A DNA stretch of 54,934 bases, taken from positions 1 through 54,934 of the forward strand of contig JABHCP010000016.1 of assembly GCA_018673485.1 (NCBI GenBank), read 5' to 3'. The DNA is from Candidatus Uhrbacteria bacterium (GTDB lineage: Bacteria > Patescibacteriota > Patescibacteriia > UBA9934). The first letter of the stretch is position 1. Every line of letters begins with the position of its first letter. The position numbers were made by a program, and so were the translations under genes. Under the pieces are notes generated by a model. That model was given only the letters and a program-made list of their open reading frames with translations. It made no database searches and was not told the DNA's origin. Positions 19,566-29,202 of the stretch are shown one piece after another.

Positions 19566-21818
19566 CTACTCTTCATCTTCATCGTACCCTTCATCTGTAT
19601 CTTCTACAAACTCCTCGCCCACATCTTCATCAGAGTCTTCCTCATACTCTTCCTGCACATCTTCATCGTCGTCATCTGAACCAACTCCGGCCATGTCGCG
19701 CAACTCAGCTTCTCTTTCTTTGCGTCCACCCTGAGGCCACTCATCAACTAAAACTTCTCGTGGTTTAGATCCATTCGCAGGTCCTACAATTCCCATTTCC
19801 TCCATCATGTCGATGATACGAGCGGCGCGAGAATATCCGACCTTGATTCTGCGTTGCAAATATGAGGTTGAGGCTTTACCGGATTCCAAAACTATCTCAA
19901 TTGCTTCATTTAACATTGGGTCTGCATCCTCTCCGGCAAATGATGTTCCGCCCGTGCGAACATCCTCTGTAACCTGGTAGTTATAATCCGGCTCACCCTG
20001 CTCCTTCAAAAATGCTACAACTCGTTCTATTTCATTATCAGAAACATAAGCTCCCTGAATGCGTTTAGGTTTAGAAATCTGAGGCGTGGTAAGCAACATA
20101 TCTCCTCGACCCAACAACTTCTCTGCTCCAGCCTGATCTAGGATAGTTTTGGAATCGACTTGGGACGCAACAGCGAAAGCTATTCGAGTTGGAATATTTG
20201 CCTTAATTAAGCCAGTAATAACATCCACTGATGGTCTTTGCGTGGCAAGCACCAAATGAATACCAACCGCACGCGCCATTTGCGCTATCCGCACAATTAC
20301 CGCCTCAACATCACGCTTGTTTTGACTCATCAAATCCGCAAGCTCGTCGATAACAATAACAATTTTTGGCATTCTATCCTTACACTTTTTATTGTACGCA
20401 TCAATGTCCCGTGTTCCCTGCTTCGCAAGGTGGTCAAGCCTACGCTCCATCTCACGCACTGCCCATTTGAGTGCATTGATCGCCTCTTCTACCTTTGTAA
20501 TTGGCGGAATCAGCAGATGTGGAATACCAGAATAAACTCCCATCTCAACTCGCTTTGGATCAACCATTATCAGCTTTAAATCATCCGGACCATTTTGGTA
20601 CAAAAGCGACAAAATGATTTCGTTTAAACAAACTGACTTTCCCGACCCTGTAGCACCGGCGACCAACATATGTGGCGCCTTATCTACGGCAACCATATTC
20701 ACTACGCCACCAACATCCTTTCCAAGTGGTGCTGTAAAGTTTGTTTTTCTGTGTTTAAAGGTCTTTGACTCCAACAATTCACGCAAACAAACAATTCCGA
20801 CCTTTTGATTTGGAACCTCGATTCCTACTAAAGACTTTCCTGGGATCGGTGCCTCGATTCTAATAGGATGCGCTGCGAGTGCGAGTGCCAAGTCGTTATG
20901 AAGTGCGACAATTCGAGAAAGCTTAATTCCTTCAGCTGGTCTAAGTGCAAATTGCGTAACTGTTGGGCCCACTCGTACATCAACCATCTCAACATCAATA
21001 CCAAAATTCTCAAATGTGCGTCTGATTATTTCTTGACTGCGATCAATATCGCCGGCTTTTCCTTCGGTTCCAGCCTCGTCCAAAATTTCAACCGGGATCT
21101 CCACCTTTCGTCTTCTCCGACTAGTCATCACGGACTCGTTCTCATCCTCTTCCTCCATTTCGATGCGCTCATCCTCCACTTCTTCCTCCTCTGGACTCTC
21201 TTCTTGCTCATCCTCATCGAATTCCTCGTCCTCATCTGCATACAAAACAGAATCATCCTCCTCTGATTTCTTCATGAACACTCCCAGCTGAGCAAAATGT
21301 CCAGGAACAGTGAGGATGTTTTGCAATGAAATATCAAATATCAAAATAATGGCGATGCACAGTGAGGCAAACACAATAACGAAAGACCCCCAAAATCCAA
21401 GCCAACCAACTAAAAGCTCGGAAACCAACATTCCGATATAGCCTCCGGCGTTTGAAAGTTCTGCTATTGAAAATACATCATCTAATATGAATAGATTGAG
21501 CAGTCCATTAAACGACATAAAGAACAAAACTAGCCCGATGTAGTTAACAACGCCAAATACTGTTTTATCCGGAAAGACAACGTGCCAGCCGATAACAAGC
21601 AACACCAAAGAAAACAGCCAACGGTCCCAACCAAATACTTGGGAGAGTAGTCCGTCTGCCCAAACACCAGCCGATCCGGCTAGATCAAAGAAAGCGAGCA
21701 AAAAGAACACTGCCAGTGCAGCTAACCCAATTGCAATAATGCTTTGTTTTACCCCATCTGAAAGACCAGATGATTTACTGCGCGATCCACCGCGCTTTCT
21801 GCGACGTTTTTTTGCCAT
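19566..21818 (-). CDS. ftsK: DNA translocase FtsK/SpoIIIE
   Basis: 4TM N-terminus, AGATGSGKS, IDELADLM, ATQRPSVDVITG, gamma domain STSYLQRRIKVGYSRAARIID. Confidence 0.97.
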   Translation of the reverse strand: MAKKRRRKRGGSRSKSSGLSDGVKQSIIAIGLAALAVFFLLAFFDLAGSAGVWADGLLSQVFGWDRWLFSLVLLVIGWHVVFPDKTVFGVVNYIGLVLFFMSFNGLLNLFILDDVFSIAELSNAGGYIGMLVSELLVGWLGFWGSFVIVFASLCIAIILIFDISLQNILTVPGHFAQLGVFMKKSEEDDSVLYADEDEEFDEDEQEESPEEEEVEDERIEMEEEDENESVMTSRRRRKVEIPVEILDEAGTEGKAGDIDRSQEIIRRTFENFGIDVEMVDVRVGPTVTQFALRPAEGIKLSRIVALHNDLALALAAHPIRIEAPIPGKSLVGIEVPNQKVGIVCLRELLESKTFKHRKTNFTAPLGKDVGGVVNMVAVDKAPHMLVAGATGSGKSVCLNEIILSLLYQNGPDDLKLIMVDPKRVEMGVYSGIPHLLIPPITKVEEAINALKWAVREMERRLDHLAKQGTRDIDAYNKKCKDRMPKIVIVIDELADLMSQNKRDVEAVIVRIAQMARAVGIHLVLATQRPSVDVITGLIKANIPTRIAFAVASQVDSKTILDQAGAEKLLGRGDMLLTTPQISKPKRIQGAYVSDNEIERVVAFLKEQGEPDYNYQVTEDVRTGGTSFAGEDADPMLNEAIEIVLESGKASTSYLQRRIKVGYSRAARIIDMMEEMGIVGPANGSKPREVLVDEWPQGGRKEREAELRDMAGVGSDDDDEDVQEEYEEDSDEDVGEEFVEDTDEGYDEDEE

Positions 21819-21931
21819 AGCTATGAAAAATTCCTGAAATTTATTTCGTTCACTTAATATTTTATCATAAATTCACTTTTCAAGCTCTTTCATGTAATCT
21901 ATTGTCAGACCGTGAAACAACTGGAGGAATC

Positions 21932-22693
21932 ATGTCCCTTAGACTCGACATCGGTGTGGTATGCGACATTGGCGGAGCTGACCCCCAAAAAGGCAATGAA
22001 GATACCTACTTCATCTATCTACCCGCACACGCCATTGGTGTAATCGATGGGATGGGAGGACCAGGCGATGGCAGATTGGCTGCAGATATGGTGAGCACAG
22101 CCTTCCAAGGTCTAATGCACATCGAGGAGCCCGATGAAAGCATACTGGCAGCCGCTGTTCGCGATGCCAATAGCCGGGTATTGCGAGCCAACAAGACCGC
22201 GCGACGCAAGCCTGGAAATCGTATGGGCGCTGTTGGTACCATCGCTTGGATTGATGTGCGAACAGGCACAACCCTAATCGCCCAAGTTGGTGACTCACGT
22301 GCCTATGTGCACAGCGATGGTTCTATCGAACAAAAAACCGTCGATCAAACACCTTTGGCTGGAATGAACGAAGCCCAGCGCATGTGCCACCCGCACAAAC
22401 ATCACATCCAATACGCGTTTGGGCTAAAGGAACAATTACCTGCTGATTATTACCAGATCAGTCTTACTCCAGGAGACACGCTCCTCCTATGCTCAGACGG
22501 GCTTACGGACTATGTTGGATCTACAACGCTCATCCGTATACTCGACATGGACGTAAGTGCGCAGAAGATTGCATACGAACTCCTCAAAGAGGCACTTAGA
22601 TGCGGTACTTGCGACAATGTGACAGCAATCGTCGTCAAGGTGCTGCCCGATAAAAGTCTTGCAGGCGCTGGACAAACACTCTGTCCCGTATAG
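21932..22693 (+). CDS. PP2C/PPM family Ser/Thr phosphatase
   Basis: NEDT, IDGMGG, VGDSRAY, LLLCSDGL, DNVT; GGAGG SD before ATG 21932. Confidence 0.92.
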   Translation: MSLRLDIGVVCDIGGADPQKGNEDTYFIYLPAHAIGVIDGMGGPGDGRLAADMVSTAFQGLMHIEEPDESILAAAVRDANSRVLRANKTARRKPGNRMGAVGTIAWIDVRTGTTLIAQVGDSRAYVHSDGSIEQKTVDQTPLAGMNEAQRMCHPHKHHIQYAFGLKEQLPADYYQISLTPGDTLLLCSDGLTDYVGSTTLIRILDMDVSAQKIAYELLKEALRCGTCDNVTAIVVKVLPDKSLAGAGQTLCPV

Positions 22694-22804
22694 CAGACGC
22701 TACGCAACACGACCCCGGACTGTCTGACGACACTTCGGGGTTTCATGCAACCAAAAAATCAGGTTTCCCTGATTTTTTTTGCTTTGATTGACTTGTCGAT
22801 CCAC

Positions 22805-23371
22805 CTATTTATTTACTCGCTCCAAATAAGTTCCTTCTTCGGTATTTACTCTAATCGTGTCACCCTGCTTGATAAATATTGGCACGCGGACCTTTAATCC
22901 ATTGTCCATCACAGCGTCTTTCTGAACGTTGCCAGAAACTGTATCTCCCTTTGTTGCTGGCTCGGTTTGCTCTACCACAAAATCAACCTTAACTGGAATA
23001 TCAACTGCGATTGGCTTATCGCCATACATCACAACGGTAACCTGCAGTCCTTCCTTCAAATATGATGCCGCCTCGCCGACCGTATCCGCGTCAATCATTA
23101 CCTGCTCATATGTCACACCGTCCATGAAAGTGAACGAGTCACCCTCTGCAAAAATATATTGCATGTTCTTATTCATGACATCAGCAAACTCAAGTGTTTC
23201 ACCTGACTTGAAATTCTCCTCAATAACTTTTCCAGATGTGAGCGACTTCATTCTTGTTCTAACGAAACCACCACCTCGGCCAGATGATGATCGGGTGTAA
23301 TTTACAACCACCCAAAGATCATCCTTATATTTTATTACTGTACCGCGCCTGATTGAAGTCGGAGAAGCCAT
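22805..23371 (-). CDS. efp: Elongation factor P
   Basis: GRGGGFVRT loop, TEPATKGDT, VPIFIKQGD..VNTEEGTYLERV. Confidence 0.95.
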   Translation of the reverse strand: MASPTSIRRGTVIKYKDDLWVVVNYTRSSSGRGGGFVRTRMKSLTSGKVIEENFKSGETLEFADVMNKNMQYIFAEGDSFTFMDGVTYEQVMIDADTVGEAASYLKEGLQVTVVMYGDKPIAVDIPVKVDFVVEQTEPATKGDTVSGNVQKDAVMDNGLKVRVPIFIKQGDTIRVNTEEGTYLERVNK

Positions 23372-23430
23372 ATGGTGTTTAAAGTGTTTAAATGTTTACT
23401 CTTAGAATAGTATAGCAAAACTTGGACCAA

Positions 23431-23553
23431 AAAAATGAGCAGATTTGGATACAGTGCAAGGAGAAACCGAGCAAGTCGCGAGGCGTACTAAAATGTACTG
23501 TGAGCGAGTAGCACAGGTTTCGACACAGCAATGCGCCAAATCTGCTTATTTTT
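23431..23553. mobile_element. MITE-like / palindromic intergenic element
   Basis: 18-bp terminal inverted repeats (1 mismatch) AAAAATGAGCAGATTTGG / CCAAATCTGCTTATTTTT with internal GTAC-N6-GTAC. Confidence 0.55.
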
Positions 23554-23558
23554 ATGAT

Positions 23559-23795
23559 TTACTTATGAACAAATGGAAGCAATGCCATTACACGCGAGCG
23601 CTTAATCTCAAGTGAGAGTTTTCGCTGGTGTCTCATACAAACTCCACTTCGCTTTCTTGGAACGATCTTTCCAAATGATGAAAGATATCGTCGCAAAAGG
23701 TCAGTATTTTTATAATCAAGTGCTGCACCCTTGTTCACGCAGAAGTAACAATATCGTGATGACTCCTTCTGCTTCATTGTTGTAATTTTTGCCAT
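23559..23795 (-). CDS. rpsR: 30S ribosomal protein S18
   Basis: CYFC..LDYKNTDLLRRYLSSFGKIVPRK.SGVC..HQR..IKRSR.MALLPF. Confidence 0.96.
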   Translation of the reverse strand: MAKITTMKQKESSRYCYFCVNKGAALDYKNTDLLRRYLSSFGKIVPRKRSGVCMRHQRKLSLEIKRSRVMALLPFVHK

Positions 23796-23796
23796 A

Positions 23797-24240
23797 TTAG
23801 AATGGAATATCTTCTAGTTTAATTTCGTCGTCAGCTGCAGGGGCTGGAGCTGAACTCTCTTGTGGCTCAGGTATTGATGCCGCAGCAGAAACTCCTGATG
23901 ACTCACCGCGTCCTCCGAGCATAACCATGTTCTCTGCAATAATCTCGGTTCGATATCGCTTTACGCCGTCTTGCCCTTCCCAATCTCGAGTCTGCAATCG
24001 TCCTTCAACGTAAATTCGATTTCCTTTTTTAAGATACTGCGTAATGATCTCTGCCAAACGTGCCCAGGCAACAATATTATGGAACTCAGCTTGCTCCTGC
24101 TTTTCTCCGCTTGAGTCCTTCCAAGTTCGGTTAGTTGCAACTCCGAATGAACATACTGCTGTTCCTGATCCAGTTTTTCGCAATTCTGGGTCTCTTGTCA
24201 GATTACCGATCACCATTACTTTGTTAAGTGAAGAAGCCAT
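23797..24240 (-). CDS. ssb: Single-stranded DNA-binding protein
   Basis: LNKVMVIGNLTRDPELR, EGRLQTRDW, C-terminal EDIPF. Confidence 0.97.
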   Translation of the reverse strand: MASSLNKVMVIGNLTRDPELRKTGSGTAVCSFGVATNRTWKDSSGEKQEQAEFHNIVAWARLAEIITQYLKKGNRIYVEGRLQTRDWEGQDGVKRYRTEIIAENMVMLGGRGESSGVSAAASIPEPQESSAPAPAADDEIKLEDIPF

Positions 24241-24241
24241 A

Positions 24242-24715
24242 TTATACGTTGGTTAAATCTGAATCAAGTATCTCGTCTAACTGCTTATCCAAGTCGTCAA
24301 CTGACAACTTTCCCTCGTCAGCTGGCTTTGGAGCAACTTGAACCTTCTTCTCCTTCTTTGGAGCTGTTCGCTTTCCTTCAGGTGTTAGTGGCTCTTGGTA
24401 TGAAGTGAGCGTGAAGTCACCTGACGGGATTCCATCAAAGCGCTTTACAACTACGTGACGTAAAATGTCGTCTGAAAGCTTGAAGTTCTGATCAATCTTC
24501 TGCAAGTTTGATCCATCATGCTCAAAATAAGACAACACATACGTTCCATGCGTTACCTTCATGACTGGGTATGCAAGCTTAACTTTTCCAAGGTTTTTTG
24601 TTTGCTGCACCTTGGTACCAGCGTCTTCGAGCAACTTTGATGTTCGCTCTATCACTCCGTCGATCTCAGAATCTGAGAACTTTGAAGGAATGATATATAA
24701 AATCTCGTAGATCAT
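24242..24715 (-). CDS. rpsF: 30S ribosomal protein S6
   Basis: YEILYII, LGKVKLAYP, ILRHVVVK; rpsF-ssb-rpsR synteny. Confidence 0.92.
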   Translation of the reverse strand: MIYEILYIIPSKFSDSEIDGVIERTSKLLEDAGTKVQQTKNLGKVKLAYPVMKVTHGTYVLSYFEHDGSNLQKIDQNFKLSDDILRHVVVKRFDGIPSGDFTLTSYQEPLTPEGKRTAPKKEKKVQVAPKPADEGKLSVDDLDKQLDEILDSDLTNV

Positions 24716-24786
24716 AGATTTATAGGCCCCATTTGGGGCGGTCATTAGTGACCATGGACTAGTAAGTCCTATGAATTAATGCCTGA

Positions 24787-24815
24787 ATACTAGCTCAGAG
24801 CGACAATTTCGTCAA
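24787..24815 (-). promoter_or_regulatory. Probable rpsF operon promoter
   Basis: Minus strand TTGACG-N17-TAGTAT. Confidence 0.55.
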
Positions 24816-24833
24816 GCATTGGCCATTTCTCCT

Positions 24834-25079
24834 AATTCACATAACTGACGATCGTCAGTTATGTGAATTTATCAAATTCTGGCTTGCAGGAAGCTAGACT
24901 CTACATATAAATTGATCATACTCATTCATAAATGTTTCACAATGTGAACGATCGTCCACATTGTGAAACCCGACAGTTAAGCTCGCGAATGCGAATAAAG
25001 GCTTAACTTAGAGAATTTCTAGTCATTATTGAAGATTAGGAACTATTCATAATTGGTTCGATCGAACATAGTATGAAAA
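24834..25079. repeat. Cluster of three ~36-bp palindromes TTCA-N9-CGATCG-N9-TGAA
   Basis: 24834-24869 perfect; 24934-24969 one mismatch; 25044-25079 degenerate. Confidence 0.85.
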
Positions 25080-25162
25080 TTTCTATTTCTCAGATTTCTG
25101 GTCTAAAAGCACGAAACCGCCCACCGAAGCGAGAGGCTTCAGGGACGGTGAGTTGTTCGGAG

Positions 25163-25471
25163 CTAGGTCCTGTAAAAAACCACGCTGATCACAGCTATGG
25201 AAATAAGGATACTCGCGAGCATACTCCAGAACATCAATGTATTTTTGGTCTTGATGCCCACGAGAGTGAATACGATCTGGATCACACAGAAGATCGCCCA
25301 CATCGGGATCGAAATAGCCCGCACATCCTCGGCGATGATCACATCTTTGAGCTGTGGCACGAGTGCGATGGGGTTGAGGATCGTAATCAGACCAGATACA
25401 CGGTTGAAGTACCTGTGCTCCAAGGGCCAAGTCAGCCAGCGATAGAGTCTATCGATGAGCCTTTCGCTCAT
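25163..25471 (-). CDS. PQ-loop / SemiSWEET-like small membrane protein
   Basis: ALVPQL..IIAEDVRAISIPMW motif, three hydrophobic helices; GGAGGTGA SD. Confidence 0.75.
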   Translation of the reverse strand: MSERLIDRLYRWLTWPLEHRYFNRVSGLITILNPIALVPQLKDVIIAEDVRAISIPMWAIFCVIQIVFTLVGIKTKNTLMFWSMLASILISIAVISVVFYRT

Positions 25472-25500
25472 GGTTCACCTCCAGTGAAGTTCGACGTTTG

Positions 25501-25529
25501 AGAGTACTGCATTTTGACGGAAATGTCAA
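25501..25529 (-). promoter_or_regulatory. Sigma70-type promoter of PQ-loop gene
   Basis: Minus strand TTGACA-N17-TACTCT. Confidence 0.65.
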
Positions 25530-25571
25530 TCACTAGACCAAAACGCGCTTCTCGACTATTATTCACATCGT

Positions 25572-26735
25572 ATGAAACAATTTGCGATTTTGGGGATTCA
25601 TCCGGAACTTAGTGTTACTGAGCTTGAGACGGTGATAAAGGCAGAAGTCGATCAGGGCTCTGATCAGGTGGCTCTTTTTGAGTCGGATTTGCATTTGCCG
25701 GAATTGCAGGCAAAGCTTGGAGGGACACAAAAGCTTGGAGAGGTATTAGGAACTGTTAAGGATCATCAAGATATTCAAAAACATCTTCGGGCAATACTTG
25801 TAGAACATGAGGTTGAGGGTAAATTGAAGTTTGGAGTTAGTGTTTATGATCTTGGAAGTCCAAAACGTACAAAGGAAATCCAGAAGTACATGCATAAGGT
25901 AGGAATATCGGTAAAAAAGGATGTGAAAGACTCGGGTCGTTCTGTTCGACTAGTTACATCTCAAGAACCTGTGCTTTCAACTGTGGTTATAAAGAAAAAT
26001 AAGTTGGTAAGTAAAGGTATCGAGTTCGCGATATTGGTCAGTGATGCCGAGATTCACATTGGAGTCACAAAAGCTATCCAAGATTTTGAAGATTGGTCGT
26101 TCCGTGACTACGAGCGGCCAGGACGAGACGCAAAGTCTGGTATGTTGCCACCAAAACTCGCTCGCATGATGGTAAATCTTGCCGGAGTCGACGCTAAATC
26201 TTCATATTTGCTCGATCCATTTTGCGGATCTGGAACAATACTCATGGAAGCATCGCTTTTAGGCTTTGATAATGTGATCGGATCTGATATTTCGCAGCGT
26301 GCAATTGATGACACGGGTGACAATCTTGTTTGGCTTCAGGATGAGCAGTACAGAGTTGCAGATAACACACTCATATGCGAGTCGGCAACCGAGCTTGGTA
26401 AACATTTAGAGAAAAATTCAGTCGACGTAATCGTCACGGAGCCATTTTTAGGCAATCCTCGTTCAGGCAGAGAACGTGTGCAAGACATCGAGCACGCAGT
26501 CGAGGCACTAACCGAACTCTACGAATCATCTTTCGAGGAACTTGATCAAATCCTAAAACCAGGCGGAACAATAGTAGTCGCATCACCAATCCACTTTGTT
26601 GACGACCAAGCGTTCCCAGTACCAACAATTGAAATCCTAGAGAACCTTGGCTACGACCAGATTCACACACCACTTTTATACAGACGCGAAAAGCAATTTG
26701 TAGGACGAAATATCCTAACTTTCCGCAAAAAATAG
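25572..26735 (+). CDS. Trm11/UPF0020-like SAM-dependent RNA methyltransferase
   Basis: GMLPPKLARMMVNL, LLDPFCGSGTILMEA, GSDIS, TEPFLG. Confidence 0.85.
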   Translation: MKQFAILGIHPELSVTELETVIKAEVDQGSDQVALFESDLHLPELQAKLGGTQKLGEVLGTVKDHQDIQKHLRAILVEHEVEGKLKFGVSVYDLGSPKRTKEIQKYMHKVGISVKKDVKDSGRSVRLVTSQEPVLSTVVIKKNKLVSKGIEFAILVSDAEIHIGVTKAIQDFEDWSFRDYERPGRDAKSGMLPPKLARMMVNLAGVDAKSSYLLDPFCGSGTILMEASLLGFDNVIGSDISQRAIDDTGDNLVWLQDEQYRVADNTLICESATELGKHLEKNSVDVIVTEPFLGNPRSGRERVQDIEHAVEALTELYESSFEELDQILKPGGTIVVASPIHFVDDQAFPVPTIEILENLGYDQIHTPLLYRREKQFVGRNILTFRKK

Positions 26736-26822
26736 GCCAAAATTAGCATAAATGGCTTGACAAAAAGCCATTTTTGTGTTTAAATACTCAGTCTTTCGTT
26801 CCCCCTACAACCTGGAGTGATC

Positions 26823-27902
26823 ATGAACAAGGACACGCTCATCCGCATTGGCGGCCGCCTGTGGGCAGCCGTCATCAAGTACACCCCCATCGTCATCGGT
26901 GCCATCTGGTGCTTCCTGCGCAAGTGGACACCCATCATGTGGTCCGCGCTCGTGAGCTGGAGCTGGCGCTTCATGTGTTTCGTTGGTCGATTGATCCGCA
27001 CCACGGCCATCAGCCCTCTGCGTGGCAGCCCCAAGGTCTGGCTCTTCGGAGCTACCTGGGGAGTCCTCTGCACTGGTATCGCCGTATTGTGCTTCACCGT
27101 CTTCTACGGTCCGGTCGAAAACCCGATCACCAAGGATTCGCTGATCGCCACCTGCGACATCGAGGATGGCCCGGAGGAGTGCGACGAGGACGGCCCGGAA
27201 GCCCCAAAGGCTCGCTCGCTCGTTCGTGGTATCGAACCCAACGAAACGCAGTACGTGCTCAAGCAGTACAATGAGTTCGTGGGCAACCCCACCTGGGCCA
27301 AACGTACCAATGACTGCCTGACCGAGTACTGGCACTACTTCGAGGACGCGGAGCGCTTGACCCGATACCCTGCCGAGCTCATCGCTGGCATGTCGCTGAT
27401 CGAGGCCGAAGGCTGTCAGTTCATCCCTGCCCGAAACGGTGACGGTGGCATCGGCCCAATGCAGATCACTGGCTACCCCGGTAGCGGCATCATCAAGCGC
27501 GCAGCCAAGATCCTCAGCATCTCGGAAGGCGAGGTGGATTACAAGAACGACTACCTCCACAACGTGGTGGTCGGAACCGCGATCCTCGCCAACTACGAGA
27601 GCCAACTGCAGAGTCGCGGCCCGGGTCTCTTGGCCTATAACCGTGGGCCAGGGAACGTCCGCAAGGACATGCGTCGCGCCAAGCTCACCAGCCTGAAGCG
27701 CCGCGTGCTCTCGGATTTCCGTGGAGCGATCCCCTACAGCGCCGGGCGCGGTGGCAAGCCGCGGATCTACGCAGACAAGGTCTTGGCCGGCATGGTCATG
27801 ATTGACCGCATGTCGCGTGGCCTCACACTGAACACACTCTCGAGCCTAGATCTCGACGAAATCCCTGGATCCGACCCGTCCCAAGACGGTAAGAACCGCT
27901 GA
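26823..27902 (+). CDS. Membrane-anchored lytic transglycosylase (SLT-like) protein
   Basis: MSLIEAEG (catalytic Glu candidate), GIGPMQI, NVVVGTAIL, LLAYNRGPGNV; N-terminal hydrophobic segments; GGAG SD; high GC. Confidence 0.8.
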   Translation: MNKDTLIRIGGRLWAAVIKYTPIVIGAIWCFLRKWTPIMWSALVSWSWRFMCFVGRLIRTTAISPLRGSPKVWLFGATWGVLCTGIAVLCFTVFYGPVENPITKDSLIATCDIEDGPEECDEDGPEAPKARSLVRGIEPNETQYVLKQYNEFVGNPTWAKRTNDCLTEYWHYFEDAERLTRYPAELIAGMSLIEAEGCQFIPARNGDGGIGPMQITGYPGSGIIKRAAKILSISEGEVDYKNDYLHNVVVGTAILANYESQLQSRGPGLLAYNRGPGNVRKDMRRAKLTSLKRRVLSDFRGAIPYSAGRGGKPRIYADKVLAGMVMIDRMSRGLTLNTLSSLDLDEIPGSDPSQDGKNR

Positions 27903-27922
27903 GATCGTTGACCAATCGAGAC

Positions 27923-27960
27923 TCTCCGACCTCCGCCCACTTCGTGGCGGGGGTCTTTGC
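27923..27960 (+). terminator. GC-rich terminator
   Basis: GACCTCCGCC..TTCG..GGCGGGGGTC followed by TTTG. Confidence 0.6.
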
Positions 27961-28006
27961 ATTCAAAAAAGACCTTTTTGGGTCTTTTTTTACTTTCTTT
28001 GATATT

Positions 28007-29083
28007 TTATACACCTACGCGGAAGTGGCAGACGTCTCCATCTTGGACAACGTACTCTTTTCCTTCTACACCCATCTTTCCAGCTTCGCGTGCGCCGGCT
28101 TCGCCTTTGTATGTTTCAAAATCTTCGTAGTGAATTACCTCGGCACGGATGAATGCACTTTCAAAATCTGTATGAATCACTCCAGCGGCCTGAGGAGCTA
28201 ATGAACCTTTTTTAACTGTCCAAGCTCGTGTTTCTTTTTCCCCAGTAGTTAGGAAAGTGACCAACTCAAGCATTTCATAACTTTTTCTAATTACCTTATC
28301 GAGGCCTGACTCACCGATACCAAGCTCCTGCAAGAAATCAGCAGCTTCCTCGACGGTTAGAGTAGACAACTCAGCTTCGATCTTTACCGAAATTGGAATT
28401 GCAATCTGTCTTTCACCCAAAGGTGACTTCCAATCGTGATTTTTTATAGTTTCCTCGTCAACGTTCACGATGTACAGAATCTTCTTTGTGGTTAAAAGCC
28501 GCATGTCGCGCAAAGCATCACGTTCTTTATCACTTAACTCAACCGTAATCGCGAGATTGCCATCATCAAGTGCCTCCTTATACTTACGCAACCCAGAAAC
28601 CTGCACGAGCAGCTCTTTATCTTTTGTACTTTCTGCTTTTTTCTCAATTGACTCAAGGCGCTTATCAACCACTGCAGAGTCGGCCATCATTAATTCCATT
28701 TCAATAATCTCACTATCGCGTGCCGGGTCAATACTTCCATCAACATGCGCAATATCACCGTCATTAAACTCACGAACTACGTGCGCGATCATGTCGCACT
28801 CACGAATGTTGGAAAGAAACTTGTTTCCAAGCCCCTCACCCTTGTGAGCACCTTTGACTAAACCTGCGATATCGACGAATTCGATAGCCGTAGGAATGAT
28901 CTTCTCTGAACCAGAAAAGTCAGACAAAACCTTCAAACGGTCATCTGGAACTTCTACTATTCCAACGTTTGGCTCAATTGTACAAAACGGAAAATTAGCA
29001 CAATCTACTTGCTTCTTGGTAAGTGCAGTAAATAATGTCGATTTGCCTACATTTGGGAGCCCTACAATTCCTACTTTTAACAT
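28007..29083 (-). CDS. ychF: Obg-family ATPase YchF
   Basis: GLPNVGKST, PFCTIEPN, DIAGLVKGAHKGEGLGNKFL, APQAAGVIHTDFE. Confidence 0.98.
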   Translation of the reverse strand: MLKVGIVGLPNVGKSTLFTALTKKQVDCANFPFCTIEPNVGIVEVPDDRLKVLSDFSGSEKIIPTAIEFVDIAGLVKGAHKGEGLGNKFLSNIRECDMIAHVVREFNDGDIAHVDGSIDPARDSEIIEMELMMADSAVVDKRLESIEKKAESTKDKELLVQVSGLRKYKEALDDGNLAITVELSDKERDALRDMRLLTTKKILYIVNVDEETIKNHDWKSPLGERQIAIPISVKIEAELSTLTVEEAADFLQELGIGESGLDKVIRKSYEMLELVTFLTTGEKETRAWTVKKGSLAPQAAGVIHTDFESAFIRAEVIHYEDFETYKGEAGAREAGKMGVEGKEYVVQDGDVCHFRVGV

Positions 29084-29136
29084 ACGCAAAGAAGTCTACC
29101 TGATTATAAAGCACTTGAAAAGCGCTTGATCTCCAA

Positions 29137-29165
29137 TTGACAAAGAGCTAAAATCAGGCTAATGT
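29137..29165 (+). promoter_or_regulatory. Sigma70-type promoter
   Basis: TTGACA-N17-TAATGT upstream of the caspase-like gene. Confidence 0.65.
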
Positions 29166-29202
29166 CCCTTCTTCGCCCCTTCAACCCCCACCGGAGATCA
29201 AT

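Noticed and set aside
24834-25079. Possible CRISPR array (36-bp units at ~100-bp period)
   Set aside because: Units differ in sequence, are fully palindromic, spacers are 64-74 bp, and no cas genes are in the window
25073-25501. 142-aa + strand ORF
   Set aside because: Antisense shadow of the PQ-loop gene, which has the promoter, SD and motif
26805-27605. 266-aa minus-strand ORF
   Set aside because: Antisense shadow of the GC-rich SLT gene
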